From assembly GCA_050253415.1 (NCBI GenBank), contig JBFWJC010000001.1, forward strand, positions 160,001 to 224,000: a stretch of DNA of 64,000 nucleotides, read 5' to 3'. The notes under the pieces are model-generated. The model saw only the letters and a program-made list of their open reading frames with translations, was not told the DNA's origin and did not search any database. Below are positions 40,645-50,829 of this stretch, one piece after another; within the stretch, counting starts at the first letter, position 1, and every line of letters begins with the position of its first letter. Source of the stretch: Pedobacter sp. GTDB taxonomy: Bacteria > Desulfobacterota > Desulfuromonadia > Desulfuromonadales > Syntrophotaleaceae. Position numbers and translations under genes: made by a program.

Positions 40645-42437
40645 AGGGTCTCTCCTTGGGTGGCTATCGGCAAAGGGCTCGGCAGAAAGGAGCAGGGGTC
40701 GATCAGAAAGACCACCCGCCCATCACCTAAGATCGTAGCGCCGCTCAAACCCTGAATGCGATTCAGGGGAAATTCCAGGGGTTTGACAAACACTTCTTTC
40801 TGACCGGTTACGGCATCGACCACCAAACCGGCATGGCCGCCCCGCAGCTCGCAGATAATGGTGGATGAGCCGTTCCCGGTGGAAGGGGAATGACCCAGGT
40901 GTCGGGATAAAAAAACCACGGGCAACTGGCGGTTGCCCAGATCAACCGTATGGCTGTCACCAAAACTGCGTAACTGCTGCCGCGGCACATCCAGGGTTTG
41001 CTCGATCCACATGAGGGGCAAGGCCACTGTTTGACCGCCGGCTTCCACCAACAGTACCGGCACAATGGATACCGTCAGCGGCAGAATAAAGCGGAAGCAG
41101 GCCCCCTGTCCCTGGCCAGGCAGAATTTGAAGCGTTCCGCCGAGCTTGTCGACGGTATGACGAACCACATCCATACCGATGCCACGTCCCGAGGTCTCGG
41201 TTATACACCGGGCCGTGGTAAAACCTGGGCGGCAGATAAGCTGCAGCAGTTCAGCCCCACTCAAGTGGGCCCCTTGCCCGACCTCCAGAAAACCGTCCTG
41301 TCTGGCCCGTTCAACCAAACACTGTGCATCGAGCCCCCGGCCGTCATCAATGACATCAAGAGTGACCCGATCCCGATCGCGCCGCGCGGCAATGGTTATG
41401 GTTCCGTTTTCCTCAATACCATGGTCCACCGCATTGCGCACCATGTGCATCAGCGGTTCGGACATGGCCTCCAATATGGCCCGATCAAGCCGCACTTCGT
41501 TGCCGACCAGATTTAAGCGGATTGTCTTCCCCGTGCTTCGGCAAAGATCCTTGACCAGCCGCGGCAACGACGCGGTGACAGCCTCCAGCGGCACCATGCG
41601 GGCGTCCAGCACTTGATGGCGCAGGTCCGCCAGTAATCGGTCAAGCTGCAAACAGCTGCCCTCGATCCCCTCCTGGTGCCCTTGCTGTAACGACTCCTGC
41701 AATCGGTGGCGTACCGACAGCAGTTCGCCGGACAACCCCACAAACCGATCCAGCAGATTGGTAGAGACCCTCACCGTAGCCTGGCCGACGCCATGCTGCA
41801 TCGCCAATCCCGGTTCTGCATCAGCCCGGATGATCTTCTCCACAACCACCAGGTTACAGATTCTGCGGCATCGCTGCTCAATATCCTCGATATCGAAGCG
41901 GCATAGCAAATCAACTTCCAGCACTGTCGGCAAAGTGCCTTCGGCAATTTCTTCCGGCTCGGGCCGGCAGCTTTGCAGGGTGCCAAACCGCATTAACTCG
42001 TTTACCAGCAGCATCCAAAGAGCAACGTTTCCCTCCGGCATACTGATCCGCAGGGTGTGAACACGTTCCCGCGGGTCGCCATCACCCGCTCCCTCCTGGT
42101 TCTCCGTGTTCCCCGCGGCTATATCGGCAAGCCGTGCCTCGAGCAGTGCCAATCCCCGGTATAAATGTTCGACAGCCTCAGCGGGCAGACTGCCACTGCG
42201 CCGCAGGCGATCCAGTCCGTCTTCCATGCCATGGGCCACCACCGCCAGGCCCTTGAACCCCATGCTGGCAGCCATCCCCTTGATGGAATGCACCGATCGA
42301 AACAAACAAAGCAGGGCTTCCTGGTCCTCCGGGTGATCGGCTATCACCGAAAGCCAACGCTGCATGGTGAGCAGATGCTCCTGCGTTTCCGCCAGAAAAA
42401 TGTGAAAATATTCCGGCTGATTCACCGATCGATCCAA
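40641..42437 (-). CDS. cheA: Chemotaxis histidine kinase CheA
   Basis: LFRSVHSIKG HPt, HMVRNAVDHG, DDGRG, SGRGIGMDVV, C-terminal CheW domain. Confidence 0.93.
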   Translation of the reverse strand: MDRSVNQPEYFHIFLAETQEHLLTMQRWLSVIADHPEDQEALLCLFRSVHSIKGMAASMGFKGLAVVAHGMEDGLDRLRRSGSLPAEAVEHLYRGLALLEARLADIAAGNTENQEGAGDGDPRERVHTLRISMPEGNVALWMLLVNELMRFGTLQSCRPEPEEIAEGTLPTVLEVDLLCRFDIEDIEQRCRRICNLVVVEKIIRADAEPGLAMQHGVGQATVRVSTNLLDRFVGLSGELLSVRHRLQESLQQGHQEGIEGSCLQLDRLLADLRHQVLDARMVPLEAVTASLPRLVKDLCRSTGKTIRLNLVGNEVRLDRAILEAMSEPLMHMVRNAVDHGIEENGTITIAARRDRDRVTLDVIDDGRGLDAQCLVERARQDGFLEVGQGAHLSGAELLQLICRPGFTTARCITETSGRGIGMDVVRHTVDKLGGTLQILPGQGQGACFRFILPLTVSIVPVLLVEAGGQTVALPLMWIEQTLDVPRQQLRSFGDSHTVDLGNRQLPVVFLSRHLGHSPSTGNGSSTIICELRGGHAGLVVDAVTGQKEVFVKPLEFPLNRIQGLSGATILGDGRVVFLIDPCSFLPSPLPIATQGETL

Positions 42438-42868
42438 TCCGGCACCCTCTCCGCGGGGAGGCTCCTGCTCACCGACAACCTCTGTTCAAGGGTCTGCTGC
42501 AGGGCAACAGGATCGATCAAACCGGCCAATCCACGTGGGTTGATAAAAGTCTCGCGCACCCAGGGCTGCGTAATCCCCCCCGGCATGACGATTGTCCGGC
42601 TGCACAGGCCATGCACAGCATTAACCGCCAAAGCCATGCGGGCCCCCTGCAAAACCACGACATGCTCGCCCACCTCGCCTTGCGCGCCTCGCAGCTGGAG
42701 AAAATCGAACACCGGCACCACCGCATCGTGGACGTTGATCGCCCCCAACAATTCCGCGGGTGCCAAGGGCACATAATGCAACAGCGGCGCCTTGAGTACT
42801 TCACGCACCTCTTTTACATCCAGCCCGAACAACGCCTGGCCCGATGCCAGCAACAGTGTTCGCGACAT
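42422..42868 (-). CDS. cheW: CheW (divergent)
   Basis: FGLDV..VREV, VPLAP..LLGAINV...VVPVFD. Confidence 0.85.
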   Translation of the reverse strand: MSRTLLLASGQALFGLDVKEVREVLKAPLLHYVPLAPAELLGAINVHDAVVPVFDFLQLRGAQGEVGEHVVVLQGARMALAVNAVHGLCSRTIVMPGGITQPWVRETFINPRGLAGLIDPVALQQTLEQRLSVSRSLPAERVPDWIDR

Positions 42869-44145
42869 CAGCTGTTCCGCTTTAATCCGAGGTGAAAACG
42901 ACTGACCCGCTCCTGCAGTTCTTCGGCCAGGGCATGAAGGTCTTGAGCGGAAAGAGCCATACGCTCCATGGCGGCGGATTGTTGTTCGCTGGCCGCCGAA
43001 GATTCTTCACTGGCTGCGGCATTTTCCGAAACGACCCGGGCGATCTCCTCGACGGTATCGGCCACCTTGCCGACCGCTTCAACCTGTTGCCGCGAGAGGC
43101 TGCTGATAGCCTCGGCCCGCTCGCCGGCGGCCTTGGCAGTGGTGATAATCTCTTCGAAGGTTTTGCCGGTCCGGAGCACCGCAGAACGTCCGGAACTCAT
43201 CCCCAGCACGTTTTCCTTCAAAACCTCCTGCACATTGGCACTCTCCTCCTGCAAAGCAGCGATCATTTCGGTGATCTCCGCCATGGCCCGTTCCGACGAA
43301 TCGGCCAGCTTGCAGATTTCTTCGGCCACCACGGTAAACCCCCGACCGTGTTCGCCGGCCCGTGCCGCTTCTATGGAAGCATTGAGAGCCAGAAGATTAG
43401 TTTTTTGCGATATATTTGTAATAAAATCGGCAACTTTTCCGATTTTCTGCACGCGGGCACTAAAGGACAGCATCTGCTGACCATGTTGTTCCACCCCATC
43501 CAGCACTTGACCCAGCTTGGCCATGGCCAAAGTCACCACCTGCCCACCGCGTTCCGCCGTATGCACAGTTTCATCTACCGCCGCGGCAGCGGCTCGAGCC
43601 GCGCCGGCAACCTGATCGACCGACTGTTCCATCTGCCGGAAATGTTCGGTGGCTTTTTCCACCATGGCGGCCTGGGTCTCGGCGCCGCGGCTGATCATCT
43701 CCACCGCGCCGGTCACCTCATGGGCCGAGGCCGTGACTTCCTGCGACATGATGGATAGCCCCTGGGCCTCTTCAGCTACCCTGGAGGAGGACGTACGGAT
43801 ATAGCCTACCAACTCCCGCAGATTGGTCGTCACCCGGTTGAGAGAGTCGGCCAGCTCCGCAGTTTCGTCGGGGAGCATGTTATTGGGCAGATACACAGTC
43901 TGGGACAGGTCGCCATCGCTGATGCGCTCCGCGGCGCTTTTAAGCACCAGGATATTGGCGGTAAAGGCCTTGGAAAAAATCCAGCCCAGTAGCAGTCCGA
44001 CCAACATGGCGCAAGCTGTCGACAGGGTCTGCTCCATATAATGAGGCACCAATGCGGCAGCGGGAACCAGGTAATTCAGTGCCACGATGGAGGCGACCAC
44101 TATGATGAACCCCATAACGAACTTGTAGGTAATTTCAACTCTCAT
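42868..44145 (-). CDS. MCP without periplasmic domain (DifA-like)
   Basis: Two closely spaced TMs, [27 protein letters not shown]. Confidence 0.9.
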   Translation of the reverse strand: MRVEITYKFVMGFIIVVASIVALNYLVPAAALVPHYMEQTLSTACAMLVGLLLGWIFSKAFTANILVLKSAAERISDGDLSQTVYLPNNMLPDETAELADSLNRVTTNLRELVGYIRTSSSRVAEEAQGLSIMSQEVTASAHEVTGAVEMISRGAETQAAMVEKATEHFRQMEQSVDQVAGAARAAAAAVDETVHTAERGGQVVTLAMAKLGQVLDGVEQHGQQMLSFSARVQKIGKVADFITNISQKTNLLALNASIEAARAGEHGRGFTVVAEEICKLADSSERAMAEITEMIAALQEESANVQEVLKENVLGMSSGRSAVLRTGKTFEEIITTAKAAGERAEAISSLSRQQVEAVGKVADTVEEIARVVSENAAASEESSAASEQQSAAMERMALSAQDLHALAEELQERVSRFHLGLKRNS

Positions 44146-44226
44146 CGACAGCTCCTTTGAAAGGCGGTCATGCAGGGGTTATCAACCCGGCGGCAAGCCG
44201 ACAAATTTAGGTTTACCTATGGCAAC

Positions 44227-44242
44227 AGCAAAGATCGTTCCA
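44227..44242 (-). promoter_or_regulatory. Sigma54 promoter for mcp-cheW-cheA
   Basis: - strand TGGAACGATCTTTGCT (GG-N10-GC), about 80 bp upstream of the MCP start. Confidence 0.6.
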
Positions 44243-44318
44243 CCGCTGGCTGTCAACGGATACTTGCTTAATAGACGTAGCAAATCGCCCTTGGTTTAAG
44301 GCTATTTGCCACGACTGC

Positions 44319-45332
44319 TCATTTTGCCGTCACGGAGCCGGAAACCCTGGAAAAATGGTTAAATCCCCGGCAGTCAATGTGACGCACTTCGCCGGCCGCA
44401 TTGCGCAGGCGCAGTCCCTCATTGGAAGCGGTAACCATGCCGATGCGTGTCAGGGGCAGATTTAATCCATCTGACAGATCCCGCAACGCGCTCTCGCTAT
44501 CCAGCGGTGCGGTAAACAGCAATTCGTAGTCTTCCCCGCCACTTAAAACAAGCTGCATAAGCTGCGGATCGTTGTGCAAGGCCTCCTGAAAGGGCGCGGA
44601 CAGGGGAAACAGAGCCTCTTCCAGCAGAGCCCCGACACCGGAAGCTTTGAGTATGTGTCCCAGATCGGCGGTCACTCCATCGGAAATATCTATCATGGCC
44701 GTGGCCAGGCCGCTCTCGGCCAGCGCGCCCCCCAGCGCTACGCGTGCGGTGGGATCGTGGTGCCGGGCCTCCAGATAGGGGTCGGGAACGATGCCGGCGG
44801 TGAACAGCTGCAAAGCCAAAGCACTGTCACCCAAGGTACCGGATACATAAATCCCCTGCCCCACCCGGGCTCCGCCACGCAACAGTTCCCGTCCGGCCGG
44901 CACCGAGCCTTCCGCAGTCACGCTGATCAACAGCGGACCGGGAGAGCGGCAGGTATCGCCACCTACCAGACAGGCGCCGTACTCGGTGACCGCTTCGAGA
45001 AAACCGTCCATGAAAAGCTGCAGTTCCTCGACGGAAAAATCCGCCGGTACGCCCAATCCCAGGTACAGGTGGCGCGGCCGTCCACCCATGGCCGCGATAT
45101 CGCTGACATTGACCGACACACTTTTACGCCCCAAACGCCGGCTGTCGGTCCAGCTACGCTGGAAATGGACCCCTTCGATGAGCAGATCCTTGGTGGTCAG
45201 CAGGCGTTGCCCCACAGGCAACTCAAGGACCGCGCAGTCATCACCGATGCCGTGGCAAACCCCTTCGCCGGATGTTGCAGCGGCGCGAATGCGCTCAATG
45301 AATCCGAACTCTCCAAGTTCCGCCAGTTTCAT
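44319..45332 (-). CDS. thiL: Thiamine-monophosphate kinase
   Basis: GEFGFI, GIGDDCA, NVSDIAAMGG, DISDG, GGEDYEL. Confidence 0.96.
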   Translation of the reverse strand: MKLAELGEFGFIERIRAAATSGEGVCHGIGDDCAVLELPVGQRLLTTKDLLIEGVHFQRSWTDSRRLGRKSVSVNVSDIAAMGGRPRHLYLGLGVPADFSVEELQLFMDGFLEAVTEYGACLVGGDTCRSPGPLLISVTAEGSVPAGRELLRGGARVGQGIYVSGTLGDSALALQLFTAGIVPDPYLEARHHDPTARVALGGALAESGLATAMIDISDGVTADLGHILKASGVGALLEEALFPLSAPFQEALHNDPQLMQLVLSGGEDYELLFTAPLDSESALRDLSDGLNLPLTRIGMVTASNEGLRLRNAAGEVRHIDCRGFNHFSRVSGSVTAK

Positions 45333-47719
45333 GCGCCCTCCTGCAGGGCGGCAGCCAGCACGTCTTCTACCCGGTCGGCAAACACCAGCTGCAACTTGCG
45401 CCGCAGGGCAGGCGGCACATCGACCAGGTCTTTTTCATTGCGACGCGGCAGTATCACGGTTTGCATACCGGCCCGCACCGCCGCCAGCAGTTTTTCCTTG
45501 ACCCCGCCGATAGCCAGTACCTGGCCGCGCAGGGTTATTTCGCCGGTCATTGCCACCTCGCGGTTAACCGGCCGACCCGACAAAACGGATACCAGCGCCG
45601 TCACCATGGTAACGCCGGCACTGGGACCGTCCTTGGGGATGGCGCCGGCCGGGACGTGGATGTGGATATCGAGGGTCTTGTGAAAATCCGCGTCGATGCC
45701 CCATTGTCCGGCATGGGAACGTGCATAGGTCAGGGCAGCCTGGGCGCTTTCCTTCATGACCGATCCGAGCTGCCCGGTCAGGTGCAGCTGGCCGCTACCG
45801 GGCATGGTACTGGCCTCGACATGTAGAATCTGGCCGCCGACCTCGGTCCAGGCCAGCCCTGTCACCACCCCGACCTCGTGCTCGCCAAGCTTTTCATCAT
45901 CCAGGTAGCGGGGAGGGCCAAGATATCCGGCCACCGTCCCGCCGGTGACCCGCACGGCCCGCAAATCGTCTTCGGCCCGACGACGCGCCACCTTGCGGCA
46001 GATGCTGCCGAGTTCGCGCTCCAGATTGCGCAGACCGGCCTCGGCCGTGTATTCGCTGATAACCTTGAGCAGCGCGGTGCGGGAAAAAGCCACATCCCCT
46101 TCCTGCAAGCCATTCGCCTCCAGTTGACGGGGGATCAGGTAGCGCCTGGCAATCGCCAGCTTCTGTTCGGTACTGTACCCGGCCAGACGGATAACCTCGA
46201 GGCGATCCCTGAGCGCCGAAGGCACATTGTCGAGGACATTGGCCGTGGCGACGAACATGACCTTGGAAAGATCGTAGGGCAGGTTGATGTAATGGTCGGA
46301 GAAAGCATGGTTCTGCTCCGGATCGAGCAACTCCAGCAATGCGGACGAAGGATCGCCGCGAAAATCGGCGCCGCCAACCTTGTCCAGCTCGTCCAGCATG
46401 AATACCGGGTTGTTGCTGCCAGCCTGTTTCATTCCCTGAATGATGCGCCCGGGTAAAGCGCCGACATAAGTACGCCGGTGCCCACGAATCTCCGCCTCGT
46501 CGCGCAACCCGCCCAGCGATACCCGCACAAACTTGCGCCCCAGGGCGCGTGCTATCGATTTACCCAGACTGGTCTTGCCAACCCCCGGAGGACCGACAAA
46601 ACACAGAATCGGACCTTTGAGTTTCTTTTTGAGCTTGCAGACCGCCAAAAATTCCAGGATGCGGTCCTTGACCTTTTCCAGATCGTAATGATCTTCATCA
46701 AGGATGGCGCGAGCCGTGGACAGATCGATGCTATCGCGGGTACTGCGTTGCCAGGGAAGCTCCGCCAGCCATTCCAGGTAGGTACGCAGCATGGCATATT
46801 CCGCCGCCTCGATAGGCATGGTATCCAGGCGCCTCAACTGCTTATGCGCCTCCTTGCCGACCTCGGCCGGCAGCCGGGCCTTATCGATCTGGGCACGCAG
46901 CTCCAGCAGATCTTCCGCTTTGGCATCGGCTTCACCCAATTCGGACTGGATGGCTCGCAGCTGCTCACGCAGGAAGTATTCGCGCTGGGAACGGCTCATC
47001 TCTTCACGGGCCTGGTTCTGGATGCGTTGCTGCATGCTCCCCAGCTCCAACTCCTTGGCCAGCAGCCCTTTTACGCGTTGCAAACGCTCGATGGGATCGA
47101 TCACTTCCAGCAGTTGCTGGGCGATGACGACTCTCAGTCCAAGATTGCTGGCTACCACATCGGCCAGACTGCCGGGGTCCTCGATGTTGTCCACGGCCAT
47201 CAGTAGATCGTTGGACAAAGTACGTCCCATGCCCTGTAATTCCATTAACTGCTCGCGTACGGCGCGCAGCAACGCCTCGACCTCCAGCGACAGTTCTACC
47301 AGCGGTAGTTCATCTACCTCTTCGATGCTCACACAGAGGCAGGGGCTGGTGGTCAAGTACTGTACAATTCGCGCCTTGGTAAGCCCCTGTACCAGGATTT
47401 TGGTGCGACCATCGGGCAATTTGAGCGATCGCATGATCATCCCGACACAACCAACCGTGTAAATATCTTCGGCAGCGGGGTCTTCCTGGCTCAGTTCCTT
47501 CTGGGACGCCAGCATGATTAGCCGATCCCCTTCCAGGGCCTGCTCTACGGCGGCCAGGGATTGGCTGCGGCCGATAAACAGAGGCAGAATCATATGCGGG
47601 AAGATCACCGCATCCCGAACCGGCAACAGGGGCAAACGGTCGGGAAGTTCAAAGTCTCGGGCAATTTGGTGCAAGGCTTGCTCCTTATGATGGTTCTTAT
47701 TGCGGATTAACAGCGGCAA
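45329..47719 (-). CDS. lon: ATP-dependent Lon protease
   Basis: LON N domain, GPPGVGKT, PKDGPSAG catalytic Ser, IGGVKEK. Confidence 0.97.
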   Translation of the reverse strand: MPLLIRNKNHHKEQALHQIARDFELPDRLPLLPVRDAVIFPHMILPLFIGRSQSLAAVEQALEGDRLIMLASQKELSQEDPAAEDIYTVGCVGMIMRSLKLPDGRTKILVQGLTKARIVQYLTTSPCLCVSIEEVDELPLVELSLEVEALLRAVREQLMELQGMGRTLSNDLLMAVDNIEDPGSLADVVASNLGLRVVIAQQLLEVIDPIERLQRVKGLLAKELELGSMQQRIQNQAREEMSRSQREYFLREQLRAIQSELGEADAKAEDLLELRAQIDKARLPAEVGKEAHKQLRRLDTMPIEAAEYAMLRTYLEWLAELPWQRSTRDSIDLSTARAILDEDHYDLEKVKDRILEFLAVCKLKKKLKGPILCFVGPPGVGKTSLGKSIARALGRKFVRVSLGGLRDEAEIRGHRRTYVGALPGRIIQGMKQAGSNNPVFMLDELDKVGGADFRGDPSSALLELLDPEQNHAFSDHYINLPYDLSKVMFVATANVLDNVPSALRDRLEVIRLAGYSTEQKLAIARRYLIPRQLEANGLQEGDVAFSRTALLKVISEYTAEAGLRNLERELGSICRKVARRRAEDDLRAVRVTGGTVAGYLGPPRYLDDEKLGEHEVGVVTGLAWTEVGGQILHVEASTMPGSGQLHLTGQLGSVMKESAQAALTYARSHAGQWGIDADFHKTLDIHIHVPAGAIPKDGPSAGVTMVTALVSVLSGRPVNREVAMTGEITLRGQVLAIGGVKEKLLAAVRAGMQTVILPRRNEKDLVDVPPALRRKLQLVFADRVEDVLAAALQEGA

Positions 47720-47802
47720 CTTTAGGTCGTTACAACGAAAGGCGCCGCTGTGAAAACGTAATCATTGGCATTTCTGCATCATGTGTAACAACACGGCTTC
47801 TG

Positions 47803-48567
47803 TCAAGAGACTACCGCAAAAGCAAAGCGGCTCTCATCCTCGATCTTGCCATCCGCACCATAGCGGCGTTCCGCCATGCTGACCTGACCACCCCGACCAA
47901 TCGCCAACAGGGTCGAGCAGCGGGTGCCGTATCCAGGAAGCTGCACAAAGATTGCCCCGAGAGCCCTCTCCATATCCGGATCCAGACCGGTTTCCGGTAA
48001 ACTTTTAGCACTTGGCAACCGCCGGTCGGATAACACCTGCCAGAGCTGATCAAGCTTGAATCCAGGTTTTTCCAGGACTGCTTTGAATTGCTGTTTGGCC
48101 TGTTCTACCTTGGGCCAGGGGCTATCCAGAAGATGATTGCTGAGGCCGTAACAACCGGGGGAGAGCAAGCGCACACCGGCATCGCAGTTGGAAAAACTGG
48201 CCAATTCGGAACAGTCCCCGGCTAACAGGTTAAAGCCGGCAAAGCGGTGCCCCCACCTTGCAACTCTTGTCAGGTAGCGCTGCGGCGCGTCCGTGCTGCG
48301 CAAAAAGCCGCTCACCAGCAGTCCGCGAGAGTGGCCGGCAGGTGCGGTACCTGCTCTGCGCACATTGGTCAGAGCTGCCCAACGACCCTGCCGGGTTACC
48401 CCCAGCCAGGTGCCGCCGCCTTGCAGATCGCGCCCGGCGAGAACCTCCGGAGCCTGAGCCCAGAAATCCGCCGCCACCGTCGGCCGTTGGTAGTCCTCAT
48501 CCCTGTTGGCGGCCAGCACCAGGGGATAATCGGGATGCATGCGATGCCCCACAACGATCAGGCACAC
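47803..48567 (-). CDS. NRDE/TANGO2 family protein
   Basis: GTG start giving MCLI; ANRDE, GGTWLG, YGTRCST. Confidence 0.9.
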   Translation of the reverse strand: MCLIVVGHRMHPDYPLVLAANRDEDYQRPTVAADFWAQAPEVLAGRDLQGGGTWLGVTRQGRWAALTNVRRAGTAPAGHSRGLLVSGFLRSTDAPQRYLTRVARWGHRFAGFNLLAGDCSELASFSNCDAGVRLLSPGCYGLSNHLLDSPWPKVEQAKQQFKAVLEKPGFKLDQLWQVLSDRRLPSAKSLPETGLDPDMERALGAIFVQLPGYGTRCSTLLAIGRGGQVSMAERRYGADGKIEDESRFAFAVVS

Positions 48568-48569
48568 GG

Positions 48570-49142
48570 TCAGGAAACTCCATCGAGTGGACGCCGCGCC
48601 ACGATGCCTGCCAGACCGCCGCCACGATGGGCCTGGTCGACACCCTCTTCGTGGATCAGCACCTGCCAACCGGCAAACAGTCGCAGCAATTCGCCGGGTT
48701 CCAGGGAAAAATCCGGATTTCCCGGTCCGCCGGGAAAGTCCCCGGCATGACTGAACGTTCGTACTACCGCTACACCACCAGGCCGCACCAGGCGGTGCAA
48801 TTCGGGCAACAGGGAACGCTGCAGATAAAAAAACTGTACCACCAGATCAAAGGGGGGCAGCGCCAGACGCGGCTGCTGTTCCAGATCCTGCTGCATTTGC
48901 GTGATCTGAAGACCTCGCCGCTGCGCTTCAATCACCAATTGCGCTAACGCTTCCCTGGAAGCATCGACCGCCGTTACCGCATAACCGCATTCGGCCAGAA
49001 ACAACGCGTTGCGACCACGACCGCAGGCCAGATCCAGTACGCGACCGGTCGGCAACAGCGGTAAAACTCTGAGCAGCCAGGGATCAGGCTGCAGATCATT
49101 GTTTGCCCTCTCTTGCCAGATTTTATTCCAATCATCGGCCAT
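48570..49142 (-). CDS. Class I SAM methyltransferase (TehB-like)
   Basis: LDLACGRGRNA, FYLQR, LEPGEL. Confidence 0.85.
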   Translation of the reverse strand: MADDWNKIWQERANNDLQPDPWLLRVLPLLPTGRVLDLACGRGRNALFLAECGYAVTAVDASREALAQLVIEAQRRGLQITQMQQDLEQQPRLALPPFDLVVQFFYLQRSLLPELHRLVRPGGVAVVRTFSHAGDFPGGPGNPDFSLEPGELLRLFAGWQVLIHEEGVDQAHRGGGLAGIVARRPLDGVS

Positions 49143-49197
49143 GAAGCGATTCCCTTTCGGATCCTCCAGACAAAATCAAAAACGTCGCGCAAGATCG

Positions 49198-49749
49198 TCA
49201 ACCACGACGGAAAAACTCCCAGATCATGTGGCTTGCCGACAGAACCAACACGCCCACAAAAACTGCCGATTGACAATGTTTAAGGCGGGGAAAGCGAATA
49301 AGCCGCGAGCCGATCTGCCCGCCGAGGATCACCCCGGGAACAGTACCGAACAGAATCGGTGGATTTTGCGGCCAGTCGCGCCACCCCAGCATGACACTGG
49401 CAACAATCAGCAGCCAGAAAATAATCGCTGTAGAAAACATAACGAAAATACCGGTGGCTACCGCCTGACTGACCGGCATGCGCAACCGTCTGACCATGTG
49501 GGGAATCAGCCAATTGCTGGTCCCCACGCTCAATATCCCGGTAAAAAAAGACGAGCCGGTGACCAACAGACGATTGGGACGGGATACCGATGCTTCGGCA
49601 GCGGACGACGAATTTCCCTTGCGCCCTGCCAGCATGGCCACCAGCAGATAGAGCACCACCGCAGCAACCAGACAGCCAGTCTGTTGCTCGCCCCGTAAAG
49701 CAGCGATCTCATGCCATCCCTCCTTGCCGACAGATTGCGCACGGATCAT
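49198..49749 (-). pseudogene. Truncated TauE/SafE-family permease fragment
   Basis: Only the C-terminal repeat is recognisable (TGILSVG, AVATG, GVILGGQIG); the N-terminus is non-hydrophobic. Confidence 0.55.
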
Positions 49750-49770
49750 TACGCAACAAACACGGTCATC

Positions 49771-50727
49771 TCAGAGTTTTTCGCCCTGACCAAGCCATGC
49801 CATGTAGCGGGCCACACCCTCTTCCACGGTCAGGAATTGTCCGTCAAACCCGGCGCCGCGCAGACGGGTCAGATCCGCCTCGGTGAAACTCTGGTAATGC
49901 CCCTTGAGATGCTCGGGAAACGGCACGTAGTGCAGGTCGCCTTCACCATGGGCCGTCAGCACCGCATGCGCCACGTCGTTGAAAGTCTGGCTGCGACCGG
50001 TGCCGACATTATAAAGGCCCGATACCTGCGGATGATCGAGGAACCAGAGGTTGACATCGACCACGTCGCCGACATAGATAAAATCGCGACGCTGCTCACC
50101 ATCGCCATAGCCGTCGCACCCTTCAAACAGTTTGACTTTGCCTTCCTTGAGCAACTGATTGCGCAGATGGAAAGCAACACTGGCCATGCTGCCCTTGTGC
50201 TGCTCGCGGGGGCCGTAGACATTGAAGTAGCGAAACCCTGCCACCTGGCTGTCGGCCTGCGGCAGAATCCGCCGCACGTACTGATCAAACAATACTTTGG
50301 AATACCCGTAGACATTAAGCGGCCGCTCGAATTGCGGCTCCTCGCGAAACACCTGGCCGCCACCGTAGGTCGCCGCGCTGGAGGCATACAGAAACGGGAT
50401 ACGCCGCTCCAGACAATAATGCAGCAGGGTTTTGGAATAGGCGTAGTTGGTCTCCATCATGTAGCGGCCGTCCCACTCGGTGGTGGTCGAACAGGCCCCC
50501 TGATGGATGATGGCTTCGACCTTTCCGCCAAAGGTATCGCCGGCCTTGATGCGGTCCAGAAATTCGTTTTTATCCAGATAATCGCACAACTGCGCATCGG
50601 CAATGTTGGCAAATTTGGTGCCGTCGGTCAGATCGTCGACGACCAGGATATCCTGACGCCCGCGCGCATTAAGGGCTTGAACAATATTACTGCCGATAAA
50701 ACCGGCCCCGCCGGTGACTATAAGCAT
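49771..50727 (-). CDS. hldD: ADP-L-glycero-D-manno-heptose 6-epimerase
   Basis: [54 protein letters not shown] before ATG 50727. Confidence 0.96.
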   Translation of the reverse strand: MLIVTGGAGFIGSNIVQALNARGRQDILVVDDLTDGTKFANIADAQLCDYLDKNEFLDRIKAGDTFGGKVEAIIHQGACSTTTEWDGRYMMETNYAYSKTLLHYCLERRIPFLYASSAATYGGGQVFREEPQFERPLNVYGYSKVLFDQYVRRILPQADSQVAGFRYFNVYGPREQHKGSMASVAFHLRNQLLKEGKVKLFEGCDGYGDGEQRRDFIYVGDVVDVNLWFLDHPQVSGLYNVGTGRSQTFNDVAHAVLTAHGEGDLHYVPFPEHLKGHYQSFTEADLTRLRGAGFDGQFLTVEEGVARYMAWLGQGEKL

Positions 50728-50829
50728 AAATAATTTCTCCTTGTTTATGACTTTGGGTCGGCAAACAACCGACCGGTCTTCTGGTCTTCTAGCATGCGGC
50801 TTACGGTGGCGCAAGCACAAAGCGGCCTG

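Noticed and set aside
44264..44315. GTGGCAAAT...ATTTGCTAC hairpin as a GEMM-I c-di-GMP riboswitch
   Set aside because: It lacks the GNRA/receptor and GCAAAGC core; more likely a thiL 3' hairpin.
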